From assembly GCA_028703175.1 (NCBI GenBank), contig JAQVNJ010000064.1:1-32699 (forward strand): a DNA stretch of 32,699 nucleotides. Direction: 5' to 3'. The position numbers were made by a program, and so were the translations under genes. Below, piece by piece: positions 1-12,000 of this stretch. Source of the DNA: Thermoguttaceae bacterium. GTDB taxonomy: Bacteria > Planctomycetota > Planctomycetia > Pirellulales > Thermoguttaceae. Position 1 is the stretch's first letter. The number at the start of each line of letters is the position of its first letter. The notes under the pieces were generated by a model that was not told the DNA's origin, made no database searches, and saw only the letters and a program-made list of their open reading frames with translations.

Positions 1-3000
1 CCGCGGCGTTGTCGTCTTCCTGCCCGTCGTATTCCCAGTCCGGCAGGGTATCGCCCGTGCTCATCCACGGACCGGCGATCACGTGCCGCGCGCCGTCGTC
101 CGCCCAGATTGTCGGGCCGTTGGCCGCATCGCCGTAGTCGACCTCCAGAATCGTGTAGACGTAGTCTTCCACCTCGCCCGAGTAGGCCAAGCCGGTGGAA
201 CCCAAGGTCCAGTCCGGATCGGCGGCGACGCGAAGATCATGTTCCGTCTTGCCGATCAGGCGGAAGCGGGCGTTGATCGCGCCCGGGTCGATCCCCTCAT
301 GGGGCACGAAGAAGTCGATCGTCGCCGTCTCGCCGGCGGCAATCGCCAGGCCGTCGGCGATCTGCTCGTTGCCATCGTGGTCGACTCCGAGTTGTGTCTC
401 GATCTTCGGCTGGCTCTCGAAGAGGCCATCGCCGTTGTAGTCGATCCAGGCGTAGAGGTATCCGCTTTCGGGCGAGCCGGCGTTGACGGTGACTTGAATC
501 GTCGCCCACTCGCCCGGCACGAGCTGCGTCGTTGGCTGGCCCAGCACGTCGAACAGAATCACGCCGTCCTCGTCGTCGACACCCGTCTGGTCATCGACGA
601 AGACCACGCTGGGATCGACCGGCAGGTCATGGTCGGTTGGATTCGTGCCCATCCAGGGACCGTAGGGCACGAGCGGCTCTCCGAGCACCGCCGGCGCTTG
701 GGTGAAGACGTGCGGGGCGGTCCCCGCGCCGGGAGCGTCGCCGTGGTCCACCATGTGGATATAGCCCACGTAGTCTTCCACCTCGCCGTCGAGGGCCAGG
801 CCATCGAAGGACAGGCCCGGATCGGTGCTGATGCGGAAGCGGAGGAACGTCATGCCGGGCGCGGCGTCTTCCGGCATCTGGAAGTGAACGGTCCGTGTGC
901 CGTCGGCGTTGGGAGGGATCAGACTGACGTCGACGAAATCGTCGCCGGAGACCACCGCGCCGTCGCCCCAGCGGACCGTCTCGGAGGTATCCCACAGTCC
1001 GTTGCCATCGTAGTCGATCCAGCCCTTCAAATAGGCGGGTCCGCTGGGGTCGTCGAGCGTGACCATCGCGTCGAGCGCGATCCACTCGCCGGGCACGAGA
1101 ACGGCGCCGGCGATGTCCAGCCCGTCCTCGTCGTCCTCGCCGCTGCGGTCGTCGCCGAGGGCGTCGTCCGATGGATAGCCGTCGAGGTCGTGATCGACGA
1201 GCGTGCCCAGTCGCGGGCCGGCGATCACGTGCCGTGCGCCATCATCGGCGCGAAGCGTTCCGTATTCTTCCGGGGCGTCGCCGTAGTCGATCGGCGGCAC
1301 GTTGATCAAGTAGTCTTCCACCTCGCCGCTGAGCGCCAACCCCTCCGGGCCGAGCGGCTGGCCGCTGGCGTCCAGCCCGTCGGACGTAATGCGGAACCGT
1401 GCGTAGGTGTCGCCCGGCAGGGCGTCTTGCGGCACGCTGAAGCTGAGCGTGTTGAGCTGGTCGTTGCGGAGCGGTTGGTGGGTGAAGACTTGCTCGCCGG
1501 GCTCGAAAACGCCGTTGGCGTTGAAATCGACCCAGGCTTCGAGCAATCCCGGCCACTGGCCGCCGGCCAGCTCGCCGGTCAGCCCGTCAAGCGCGGTGCC
1601 CGTCAGGTCGGCCGAACCGTCGTTGGTCGGATCGCCGCCGAGGTCCAGCTCGGCAACGAACGGCCCGCTGGCGTTGATCGCCTCGACAATTTCCAGCGCT
1701 GTCGCGCCCGGATTGTACCGGACCGTCAGCGAGGGGGCGTCCAGGTCGTAAGAGACCACCGGCGGGGCGTTCGTGTCGTCGATGATCGCGGCTTCGAGCG
1801 GGCTGCCCGCCGCATCAACCGCGGTCTTCAGGTCGTTGAGCGTCGCCACGCCCGGCTTGAAGACGATCAACAGCGTGCTGCTTGCGGCGTTCCACGAAGC
1901 GGTTGCCGGCTCGCTCTCGGCGGCCGCGTGCTCGAACCTGACCGTGATCCCGTTGTATTGTCCGCCGCTCTCCTTGGCGCGGATCGCGAAGGCGTTGTTG
2001 GCGCCGGCCGGATCGATCGCGCCGGTTGTCGCCTTGGCGAAACTCGAGCCGTAGTCGGTGGGATACTCCTCGCCGTCACCGATGTCCGAGGCGGCGATCG
2101 TGCCGCTGCCGTCATTGGGCAGGCCGTCGACCTGGAGAAAGCTCACGAGCGTCCCGTTCAGCGGATCGCCGTAATCGGCGGCGCGGACGATGAACGAGTC
2201 GTTCTCGCCCGCGGACGGATCGACGGCCAGCTGCGCCCGTCCGTCGAACCCTTCCCGGCCCATCGTCACGCTGATCATGACCGTCTCGCCCGGAACGATC
2301 AACTCGTTGAAGATCACGCCGTCTTCGTCGGCCTCGCCGTCGTTGTCGTCGCCGTTGGCGGCGGGGCCGGGCTTGCCGTTCTCGTCGGAGTCGACCAGTT
2401 CGCCGAGCCGCGGTCCGGCGATCACGTGCCGCGCGCCGTCGCTGATCACGTTGCCGTAGATATCCCGCTCGAGAACCGTGCCGAAGCTGTTTGGCGCGTC
2501 GCCGTAGTCCATCTGGTGGATGATCACGGCGTAGTCCTCGACCTCGCCGGAGGTGGCCAGGCCGCCGGGGCCAAGCAACTCGCCGTCGGCGCTGCGGCCG
2601 GTTTCCGAGACGCGGAACCGCGCGTAGCTGGCGCCGGGCCGGGCGCTTTCCGGCACGAAGAACTCGTAGGTGTGCGTCCCGTCCTCGAGGACCTGGTTGG
2701 TGAAGATCCGCTCGTAGGCCCCATCGAGGAGGAATTCCGCTCCGTCGAAAACGACCGCGTCTTCGCCCAAGACGCCGCTGCCGTCGTTCACGTCGGCGGT
2801 CAGCGCCGCGCCGAGCGGGCCGGGGGCGGCGTTGATCCGGTTGACGATGTCTTGGACCGTGGTCACGCCGGGGACGAACCGGACGCTGAGCGTGTCCTCG
2901 CCGTTCCAGCTGACCGAGGCGGCGTTTCGCACTTCGTAGAAGGCCACGGTGATGCCGTTATGGGCCGGATCGTTCGTCGTGGCGAAGACCTCAAACGCGT

Positions 3001-6000
3001 TGTTGATGCCCGGCGGGTTGATCGGGCCGATCGTCGCCGGCACGGCCCAGTCGCCGCCGCTGGTCACATAGGCGGGGCCGCGGGCCAAGACGCCCTTGGC
3101 GAACACGCCCGAGCCATCATTGGGCGCGGCGAGCAGGCTCGCGGCCACGGGCTGGCCGAGCGTGTTGATCGCCTGCACGATCTCCGCGGCGGTGGTCACG
3201 TCCGGCTGGAGCCGCACCGTGACCTTGGCGGCGGAGACGCCGGGCACGGCGGGCGTCCACGACGCGCCGGGATCATCCGTGGCGATGTGCTCGAAGACCA
3301 GGTCGAAATTGCCGTCCTCGCCGGGAACCGTCGCCTCCACGCGGAAATCGTTCTGCTCGCCGACAAGGCCGGCCAGCTCCGCCGATGCGTGCGCGCCCGG
3401 CCCCGCCGCAATCGCCGAGATCGTCAATCCGTCGGGGGCATCCGCACCGGCCAGCGCGCCGCTGCCGTCGTTCGGCTCGGGATCGGCAAGCCGGGCGGTA
3501 AAGGGAGTCCCGCTGAGCTCGATTGCATCGATCACGGCCAGGGCCGTGCTCACGCCGGGCTCGTAGCGAACCGTCAGCGTGTCCAGGCCGTTCCAGACCA
3601 CGCTGATCGGATCACCGGGATTGTCCACCTCGTAGAAGGTGATCCACTTGTTGTTCATGCCCGAGGTGTTGTCACGGGCAATGATTTCGAAGGCGTTGTC
3701 TTCGCCGAGCGGATTGATGACGCCACTGGTGGCCTGCGACGTCTCCGAGCCGCCGCTGGTAATCCAGGTCGCGGCGAGACGGACGCTGTCCGAGGGGCTC
3801 CTGCCCGAACCGTCGTTCTCCGCCGCGGCCTCGAAGTCGGCCACCACGGGCAGGTCCGCGGCGTTGATCGCGGACACCAGTTCGGCCACGGTCGTCACCC
3901 CTGGCTCGTACTGGATGCTCAAGACCCGCGCGGCCGCGTCGTAGGCGACGTCGAGCGCATCGCCCGTGTTGAACACCACGCCGATTCGCGTCCCCACCTG
4001 GCCCGGCTCCCTGGCCGTGAGGAGGAACGCATCGTGTTCGCCAGCAGGGTCGATCACGCCGCTGGTGGCGTACTCGTCGCTCCAGAGGCCGTCGCCATCG
4101 AAGTCGATCCAGCCTTCGAGCACTGCGCCGGCCGCGCCGTTGAGATTCAGCGTCACGCGGACCTGCGAGGCGTCGTCGCCCGGAATCAGCCGGACGCCGA
4201 CAAACTCCACGCCGTCTTCGTCATCCACGCCGACCTGGTCGTCGCCGTCGGCCAGCAGCGTCGGCTGGCCGTCCATCTCGGCATCGATCCGGCTTCCCAG
4301 GAAGGGCCCGTGGATGTAATGCGTGGCGCCGTCGTGCGCCTCGAGCGTCGGGTAGAGGTACCTGCCGGAGAGCGCGTCGGTCGGCGCGTCGCCCCAATCC
4401 TGCCGGTAGCGGACGATGTCCAGCATGTAGTCCTCGACCTCGCCGTCGTAGGCGATCCCCTCCGAGCCGACGGCCGGGCGGTCCATGATGCCGCTGGCCG
4501 GGTTGGTCGCCGGGCCGAGCCAGGGCACGCCGGCAAACGCGAAGCTCGTGAAGCGGAAGCGGGCGCCCCGCGCGTAGACGTCGGCGGCCCCGGGCGCCGC
4601 CGGGTTGACATACGCGTCGCCGGGCACGTTGACCGTGAGCGTGTTCTCGCCGGCGTCGAGCCAGAGGTCCTCGGCGATCCGCTCGACGGCCTGGTCGAAC
4701 TTGCCGTCGCCGTTGAAATCGATCCAGGCGTTGAGATATCCGCCGGTCGAGGCGGCGATCGCCAGCGTCCCCACGCCGGAGCCGTCGATCTGGTCGCTGT
4801 CCATTTGCAGGGCGGCAGAAACCGTCACCCCGTCGTCGTAGTAATCCCCGCTGGCATCGGCGCTGGCGGCCGCGTCGAGCTCCACCGTCGGCGGCAAGCC
4901 GAGATAGACGCCGCCGGTGACCACGTGCCGCGGGCCGCCCTGGCCGTCGACCGGGCCGCTCTCCAGCAGTGTCGCGTAATCGGGCGAAGACGCCCCGGCC
5001 GGATCGTCGGGCAAATCGCCGTAATCCAGCCCCGTCAGGTGCACGGTGAACAGCGTCTTGCCGGCAAACGGCGGCGCCGAGCGGTTCGGCTGCAACGGGT
5101 TGCCCGCCAGGTCGCGGACTTGCTCGTTGTTCACGTCGATCACGTAGTAGTAGCCCGGCTGCCAGATGCCGCTGGCCGGGATGACGTGGAGGATGTTGTT
5201 CGCCGCGTCCCAGTCGAGGAGATAATCGGCGTCCAGCCGCAGCGTCGGCCAGTCGGCCTCGGGCGCGGCGGTGAGCTCCGCCAGGTCGAGGACGCGGTAA
5301 ACCTTGACCACGTTCGTGCGGACCGTGACCCGGTCGGCGAGGGTCACCGACAAGTCGTCGATGCCGATCCCGCCGGCATCGTAAAGCTGGACCGCGAAAT
5401 CCGTGGTCTTCTGGCTGATCACCACGACGTCGTGATCGGCCGCGTTGTAGTCGTAGAAGCCGTCGACCTTGGGATTGGTGCCGTCGCGAGGCGCGGTGTT
5501 GTCGAGCGGATCGACGATCCGCGCGGTTGGGCCGGTGAAGTCAGCCCGCTCGATCGCCCCGCGGTCCTTGAAGATGTTCGTTCCCATGCCGGAGGGGGGC
5601 GCCTGGTTCGGATCGTCGTCCCGCAACTGGGCGTAGCGGTCGCGCGCCGGCGTGATGATCGGCGAGGGGGGGATTCCCAGCGGCTCCTTGATTCCCGGCC
5701 ACATTTCCGAGCGATCGGCCAGGCTGTCGATCGAGCTGTCGATCGCCCGGCTGCCCGAGGCGAGATAGAAATTGTAGTTCGCCCGATCGACGAACAGAGG
5801 CTGGCCGGCGGCCAGCGAAATATCGAAGGTGCCGGCGGCGCCGGCGCTCGTGTTCGTCGTATTGTCTTGGAAGAGGTTGTAGTTGCTCACGCTCCTGGAC
5901 AGCGACGTGGCGTCGATCGAGATCCCCACGCCACTCGCCGTCACGATGTTGTTCAGGATCGTGGGGCCGGCGTAGTCGGTGACGCGAATCCCGTAGTCGC

Positions 6001-9000
6001 TCACCGCGCTGCTCGTGCCGGCGATCGTGTTGTTGATGATCCGGCCGAAGGGGACGATCGGATCGCCGATCCGGTTGCTGTCGCCGCTGAACAGGATGCC
6101 CGTCTGGCCGAAGCTGGCGACGACGTTGTTCATGATCACCACGCCCGGGGCCAGGTCGGAATTGTTGAGCACGGGGGTGTTGATCACGCTGCCGGGCTGG
6201 GGCACGTCCGTGCCGTCGCGGCCGCCGGGGCCGACGAGGATGCCGGTGCCCGCGACGTCGCGGATCGTATTGGCCTCGATGATCAGTTGATCCTGCTGGC
6301 GGACGACGTTCTCGTCGCCGCGGTAGCTGCCGACGTACTTGCCGTTGACGACGTGGCGGCCGTTGGCTGTCTTCGAGGGGATCAGCCGGTCGTTCGTGTC
6401 GAACTGCTCGAGGATGGCGATGTTGGCGGTTTGCGCCGTCACGTTGTCGGCGTATTCCGAGCCGCGGCGGATCTCCAACTGGTACGCGCCGGTGACTTGC
6501 TCGACCGGGTCGAACGGTTCCAGGCTCTGGCCGGGCAGCGTGAAATGCGCTGTCGCGCCGCTGGCCGCGGTGACCATCTCGCCCCGCTCGACAAAGCCGA
6601 TGATGATGTCGTCGATGTAGAAGCCTTCGTAGGCGTTGCTCTGCCCCCGCCGGGCGTTCGTCAAGTCGCCGTGGCCCTCGATCGAGGAATCGAGATCTGC
6701 ATAGGGGCTGTCCGTGCCGACGGCCGTGGGCATCCGGCCGGCCGTACTGAAATCGAAGCGGAGCTTCAGGTCGCTCTGCCCGGCGAAGTCTCCCAGGTCA
6801 ACCCGCACTTGCCGCCACTGGCCGGCGTCGAACAGTTCCTGGACCCGCTGCCGCCGGTGCGACGAGGCGTCGGACGAGGTCGACGGGAACCGAGGAAGCT
6901 CGTGCAGGCCGCCTCCCGAGTTGCTCGTCGAGACGGTCGAGTCGTTGGTCGCCAACAGATGCCAGCCGAGCGTTCCCCCGTAATTTCCCCAGACCCAGAT
7001 CCGCGCGCTGTCGAACATCGGGTCGCTCGAGGCCCACGCATCGCCTTCCGTGTCGAGGAAGTAGTTCACGTAGAGCGTCGGCTTGTCCGCGTAGACGCTC
7101 CCGCTGAGGCTGAACGTGTCCGTGACCAGGCTGCCGTAGGCCCCGCCGGGCAGATTGTAGTTGTTGCCGATCGCCGCGTTGTTCGTCAGCTCCTGGTGGA
7201 ATTGGCTCGTGCGGATGCCGTACTGGGCGTTGACGCCATAGCGGAGGTATTCGTCGTTGTTGGGGCTCGATTCCCACTGCTCCAATCCGAAGTAGAGGCT
7301 CGCTCCGCCGTCGTGCTGGTTGTCGTGGGTGACGTTCGCCGTGCCCTGGTCGAAGTTCGTGTTGCGGCTGTTGTTGAAAGCCGGGTTGACGCCGTGCCCC
7401 TGGTCGTTCCAGCGTCTCTCGGTGGGGTGCCAGAGATTGAAGTCCAGCGGCGAGAAGGCCAGCCCGGTGATTGCGTAGCCGGTCGCGTTGCTGGCCGAGC
7501 TATCGGTCACGCCGTCGTTGTCCGTGTCGAACACGACCTGCGGCGCCCCCGAGGTGCTGAATGCGTAAAGCCTCCGATCGCTGCCGCTGGCGAACAGCAT
7601 GTTCGCGTAGGCTCCGCCGTTGACGTTCTGCGGCCCGAAGCTCAGGCCGGTCATGCCGACGGGTAGCGGGGCGACCGATGTCCAACCGCTATGCGAACGG
7701 GAAGTCGACGAACCGCCGATCGTTGTCCGCCACAAGTTGCCGGCGGAGTCCACGGCGTAGAGCGTCGTGCCCGAGAAGGCCATTCCCGTGATCGTCGCGC
7801 CGCTGGGCAGCGGGCCGACCGGTTGCAGGCCGGTCGCTTCCGACGAAGTGTTTTCGTCGACCGCGGCTCCGCTCGAGACGTTGATCCGCCAGAGCGCGGG
7901 GCTCGCCTCGTTTCCAGTGGCTGCCTGGCCGTCTTCGTTGTATGGGTTGTTGTTGGCCGCGTAGAGCTCGAAGTTGCCAGTCGATGTCCGCATGAAGGCC
8001 AGCGCCTCGAACCTCTGGCCGATGTTCGGATCGGTCGGGATGTTGTCGTCTCCCCCGCCGCTCTGGGCCGCCGTCTCCGTGTCGATGATCCGCAGGTTGC
8101 CCGAGTTGGCGTTGTTGTTGCCGCGCGTCTGGCCGAACAGAACGCCGTCGGGCCGCATCGCCAGATCGCCGTAACCGTTGGTGCCGTTCAGACCGCCGAT
8201 ATTCGTCACCGCCTGCCCGGTGAAGGGGTTGACGGTCCTCAGCCGGTCGCCGCCGCCTTCGTCGGTGGAGACGAACAAAACGACGTCGCTCAGCGTGAAC
8301 GGCACGACGTGCGCGCTGAGCGCGGTGGCGTTGTTGATGTGCAGAATTCCGTCGGACTCGACAGGATCGATCTTCACCGAACCGCTGCCGTCGCCGGTCG
8401 TGAAGCCGCTGAACCCGATGTGGTCTTCGACGATCCGCTGGACCGAATCGATCGGTTCGAGGCGGATGTTGGGATTGGCGGCGCTGCCCGCGAAGGTCTG
8501 GTCGAGTTCCGCCGGGAGCGTCCGGTTCGACGACACCGCCACGTAGTAGACCTGGTCGGTGGCCGGCATGTGGACCGGGCCGATGAACGGGTCGAGCGTG
8601 CCGAAAGAGCCGCGGCTGAGGTCGTCGCGGTCGAGTCCCGCCCCGGGCTCCGTGCCCGGCTGGTCGTCCTCGATGTTCGAATCGCGGCCGACGAAGATCA
8701 GCCGCCCGGCCGAGTCGTAGACGGCCAGCACCGTGTCGGCCCGCGAGATGCCGTCGGCGTAGTCGATGTCGAACACGGTCGACCAGGTCTTGCCGCCGGC
8801 GTTCACCCCGCCGATCGCCTGAATCTGCTCGAGGTCGATCTCGAAGCGGTACCAGTCGACGTCGCCCGCGGCGGAGATGCTGCCGGACACGCCGATCGTG
8901 TTGATGTCGCTCTCCAGCAGGTTGCCCAAGTTCTGGGCGCCGGCCTGGGTGTTGTTGTCGGCGGTCGTCTCGCCCGCCTCGGCGGCGAGGATCGAGTGGG

Positions 9001-12000
9001 CCGGCTGGCCGTAGACCTCGATGCCGTTGGTGGCGTAGCGGATGTCGGCGTAGCGGATCGTCGAGCCCGGCTTCTCGTCGACCTGCCGCAAGCGCAACTG
9101 GAGCTGATAGTAGCCGGAGGTGCCGTTCTGGCTGGTGACGCGGACGAAGTAGGTGCCTTCGGCGCCCACCTCCCCGGGCAGAACCACGTACATGCCCGGA
9201 TCGCGCTGGTTGGTTGTGTAGAAGTCGCCGCCGAGGAAGACCTGCTGCGTGAGCGTGCCGGCCGCGCCGCCGAGGGTTGAATTGTCCGTCGAGGAGGCGA
9301 TCACCGTCCCGTCGAGCCGGACCAGCTCCACCTTGGCGTCCAGCGCGAAGCTGGTCCGGTCGATGTCGATCCAGACCTCGGTGCCCCCCTTGCCGACGAA
9401 GCTGTAGACGTCCTGGTCGGTCGGATCGTCGAGGCTGATGTAGCCGTGAATCTCGAAGCCGAGCCGCTGGTTCTCGTCGCTCCCCTTCTCGTCGTCTTCG
9501 TCGTCCGAGGCCACGTCGGGCGCAAGGTAGCCGAGAAACTGGGCGGTTCGCGGCAGGTCATTGATCGCCTCGCGGCCGGTGTAGGCCGGCTCGATCTCGT
9601 TGACGATCGCCACGTTCCGCGCGTTGGCGTAGCGGTCGATGAGGATGCTCCGCCAGTTGCCCGCCGCGGGGGCCGTGTCGCCCGGGTGGGTGTTGCCCTG
9701 CGGCTTGCCGTTGAGGTTGAATCCGGCCGCCGCCGTGTCGTCGTAGAGCGAAGTCAGTACGACCGGATAGTCGGGCGTGCCGAGAATGTGCAGCGTCCCG
9801 CCGATCCGGTCCTCGATATCGAGCGGTTCGCCGTTGGCGGTGAATCCGGCATTGGCGCCCTGGAGTTTGACGACCAGGCTGGCGTCTTGGCTGCTTTGCA
9901 GCCGCAAGCCACCGAAGGTGTGGAGGTTGTCGATAGAGATTTCATCGCGGAGGACGTGGACGATGTCGGTGTCGTCCCAGATCGACTCGGTGGTCAGCGT
10001 CGAGCCGCGAATCACCATGCCGTTGATCTGGTTGCCGCCGCCGCCCGGTGAGTTGTCGAGGACGTTGAGGCGGACCAGGGGGCCGCGGTTGTCGCCGAAT
10101 TGGGTGAACGCATCAACGGCGCCGGTGCTCCTCCCCGGATCGGTCAGGGCGGCGTAGTTCATCGAGTTGGCGTCGATCGTGATCGCGTCGCCCTGGTTGT
10201 CGATGATCTTGTTATTGACGATCACCGGCTGGGCGCCGCGGATGAAGATCGCCGCCCGCTCGTTGGTTCCCAGGCCGCCGCGGTTGCTCGTGCCGGCGTA
10301 GCCGTTGGCGTTCAGCTCGATCGTGCTGTTGGCGATCCGCACGTCGGCCTGGTGGATTTCGATGGCGTTGAACTTGTCGAATCCGCCGGCCAGGGCGGTT
10401 TCTCCGCCGGCGTAGGAGAGCTGCACGTAATCGAGGCTTCCCCTGCTCGCCGGGGCGAAGATCAGGCCGCCCCACTGGCCGGGGCTGGGCGGGTTGACGA
10501 GGCCGTCGTTGCTCGTGTCGAAGCCGCCGCCCATCCCGTAGGTGTCGTCCTTGAGCGAGGTGAACACGACCGGATTGCCCGGCAGGCCTTCGGCGATCAA
10601 CTGGCCGGCGATCTCCGTGTGGATCCGCGCTCCTTCGAGCTTGACGATCACACCCGGATCGATCCGCAGCCGGCCGTCGAGCCGCGCCGACGAGCCGAGC
10701 GGCCCGCCCGGCGTGCCGTGAATCAGCAGGTTCTCGGTGACGACGTGGACGATGTCCGTGTCGTCCCAGCGGCCGGGCACTTCGAGCTTCTCGGTGACGC
10801 TGCCGAACTGGGTGGGAATCCGCACGAACAGGCCGTTGATCGAGTTGTCGAGCACGGTGTTGCCGTGGATATCGGGGCCGATCCGCCCCTCGGTCTCCTC
10901 GAAGCTGGCCAGGTCGGCGGAGATCGCGCCCCCCGCGCCATGCCTGATCTCCGAGAAGGCGATCGTCGGCCGGGCGCCGACGAGGTGGATCGCAGTGTAG
11001 TTGTCTTCCAGGGTGCCGACGGTCACCTTGCCGCCGCCGTGCTGGATGTCGGCCCACGCGACCCAGTTGAGAAACACGCCGTCGGATTCGTAGTCGGAAT
11101 CGGCCCGGAAGACGAGGCCGCCCCAGTCGCCCCCCGACTGGCCGGAGCTCGACCCGTCGCTGTCGCCGCCGATCGAGTCGTCGCGGAACGAGCGGAAATG
11201 GACCTTTTCCCGCGGCGTGCCCAGCACCTGCATGGCGGCGCCGTCGAGCGAAATCCCCTCCGCCGACGAGCCGACCTCGATGTTCGCCCGCTGGAGTTTC
11301 AAGATCGCCCCGGCGTCGATCATCAGGGTCACGTCCTGGGGCACTTGCAGCAGCTTGCCGTCGGGCAGCTCGGCGCCGACGTTGTTGTAGCCGACCAGGT
11401 ACGGCGCGTTGTCGTCCGCGGTTTCGACCAGGCCATCAGCGCCGCCGTTGCCGACGACGCGCACCACGTCGCCCGGCTGGGCGTCTTCCAGTGCAGCGTC
11501 GATTTCGTTATAGGGCGCTTCGAGCGTACCGTCGCCGCCGGCGCTTCCGGTCGCCTTGTCGACAAACAGCGTGCTATTGCCCACGCGGAACCAGAAGTCG
11601 AATGTGCCGCCGGCCAGCCCGTCGGCGTCGCCGTCAAGCGCCGTGCCGGTGGCGTCGACCAGGGCCGCGGCCGGCTCGGCCTGGAAGGCCAGCTTCAGCT
11701 CGTACGCGCCGTTGGACCGGCCGCCGAACCCGGAATCCTCGATCGTCGGGTCGACCTGGCTGATCCCCGTGCTCATCACGCCGACATAGTAGACGCCGGG
11801 TGCGACCTCCAGCTCGATCAGGGAGTCGTTGCTGTAGTAGTCGTCGTTCTGGGCGACGATCTCGCGGACGAGCGTCCCCTCCACGTTGACCTCGCGGTAG
11901 AGGACTAATTGGGTGTCCAGGGTGCTCGTCGCGGCAAGCCGCTCGGCGACGGTTTCGAGCGTCAGCGTGCCCCACTCCTCGACCTCGAATTTGTAGAGAT

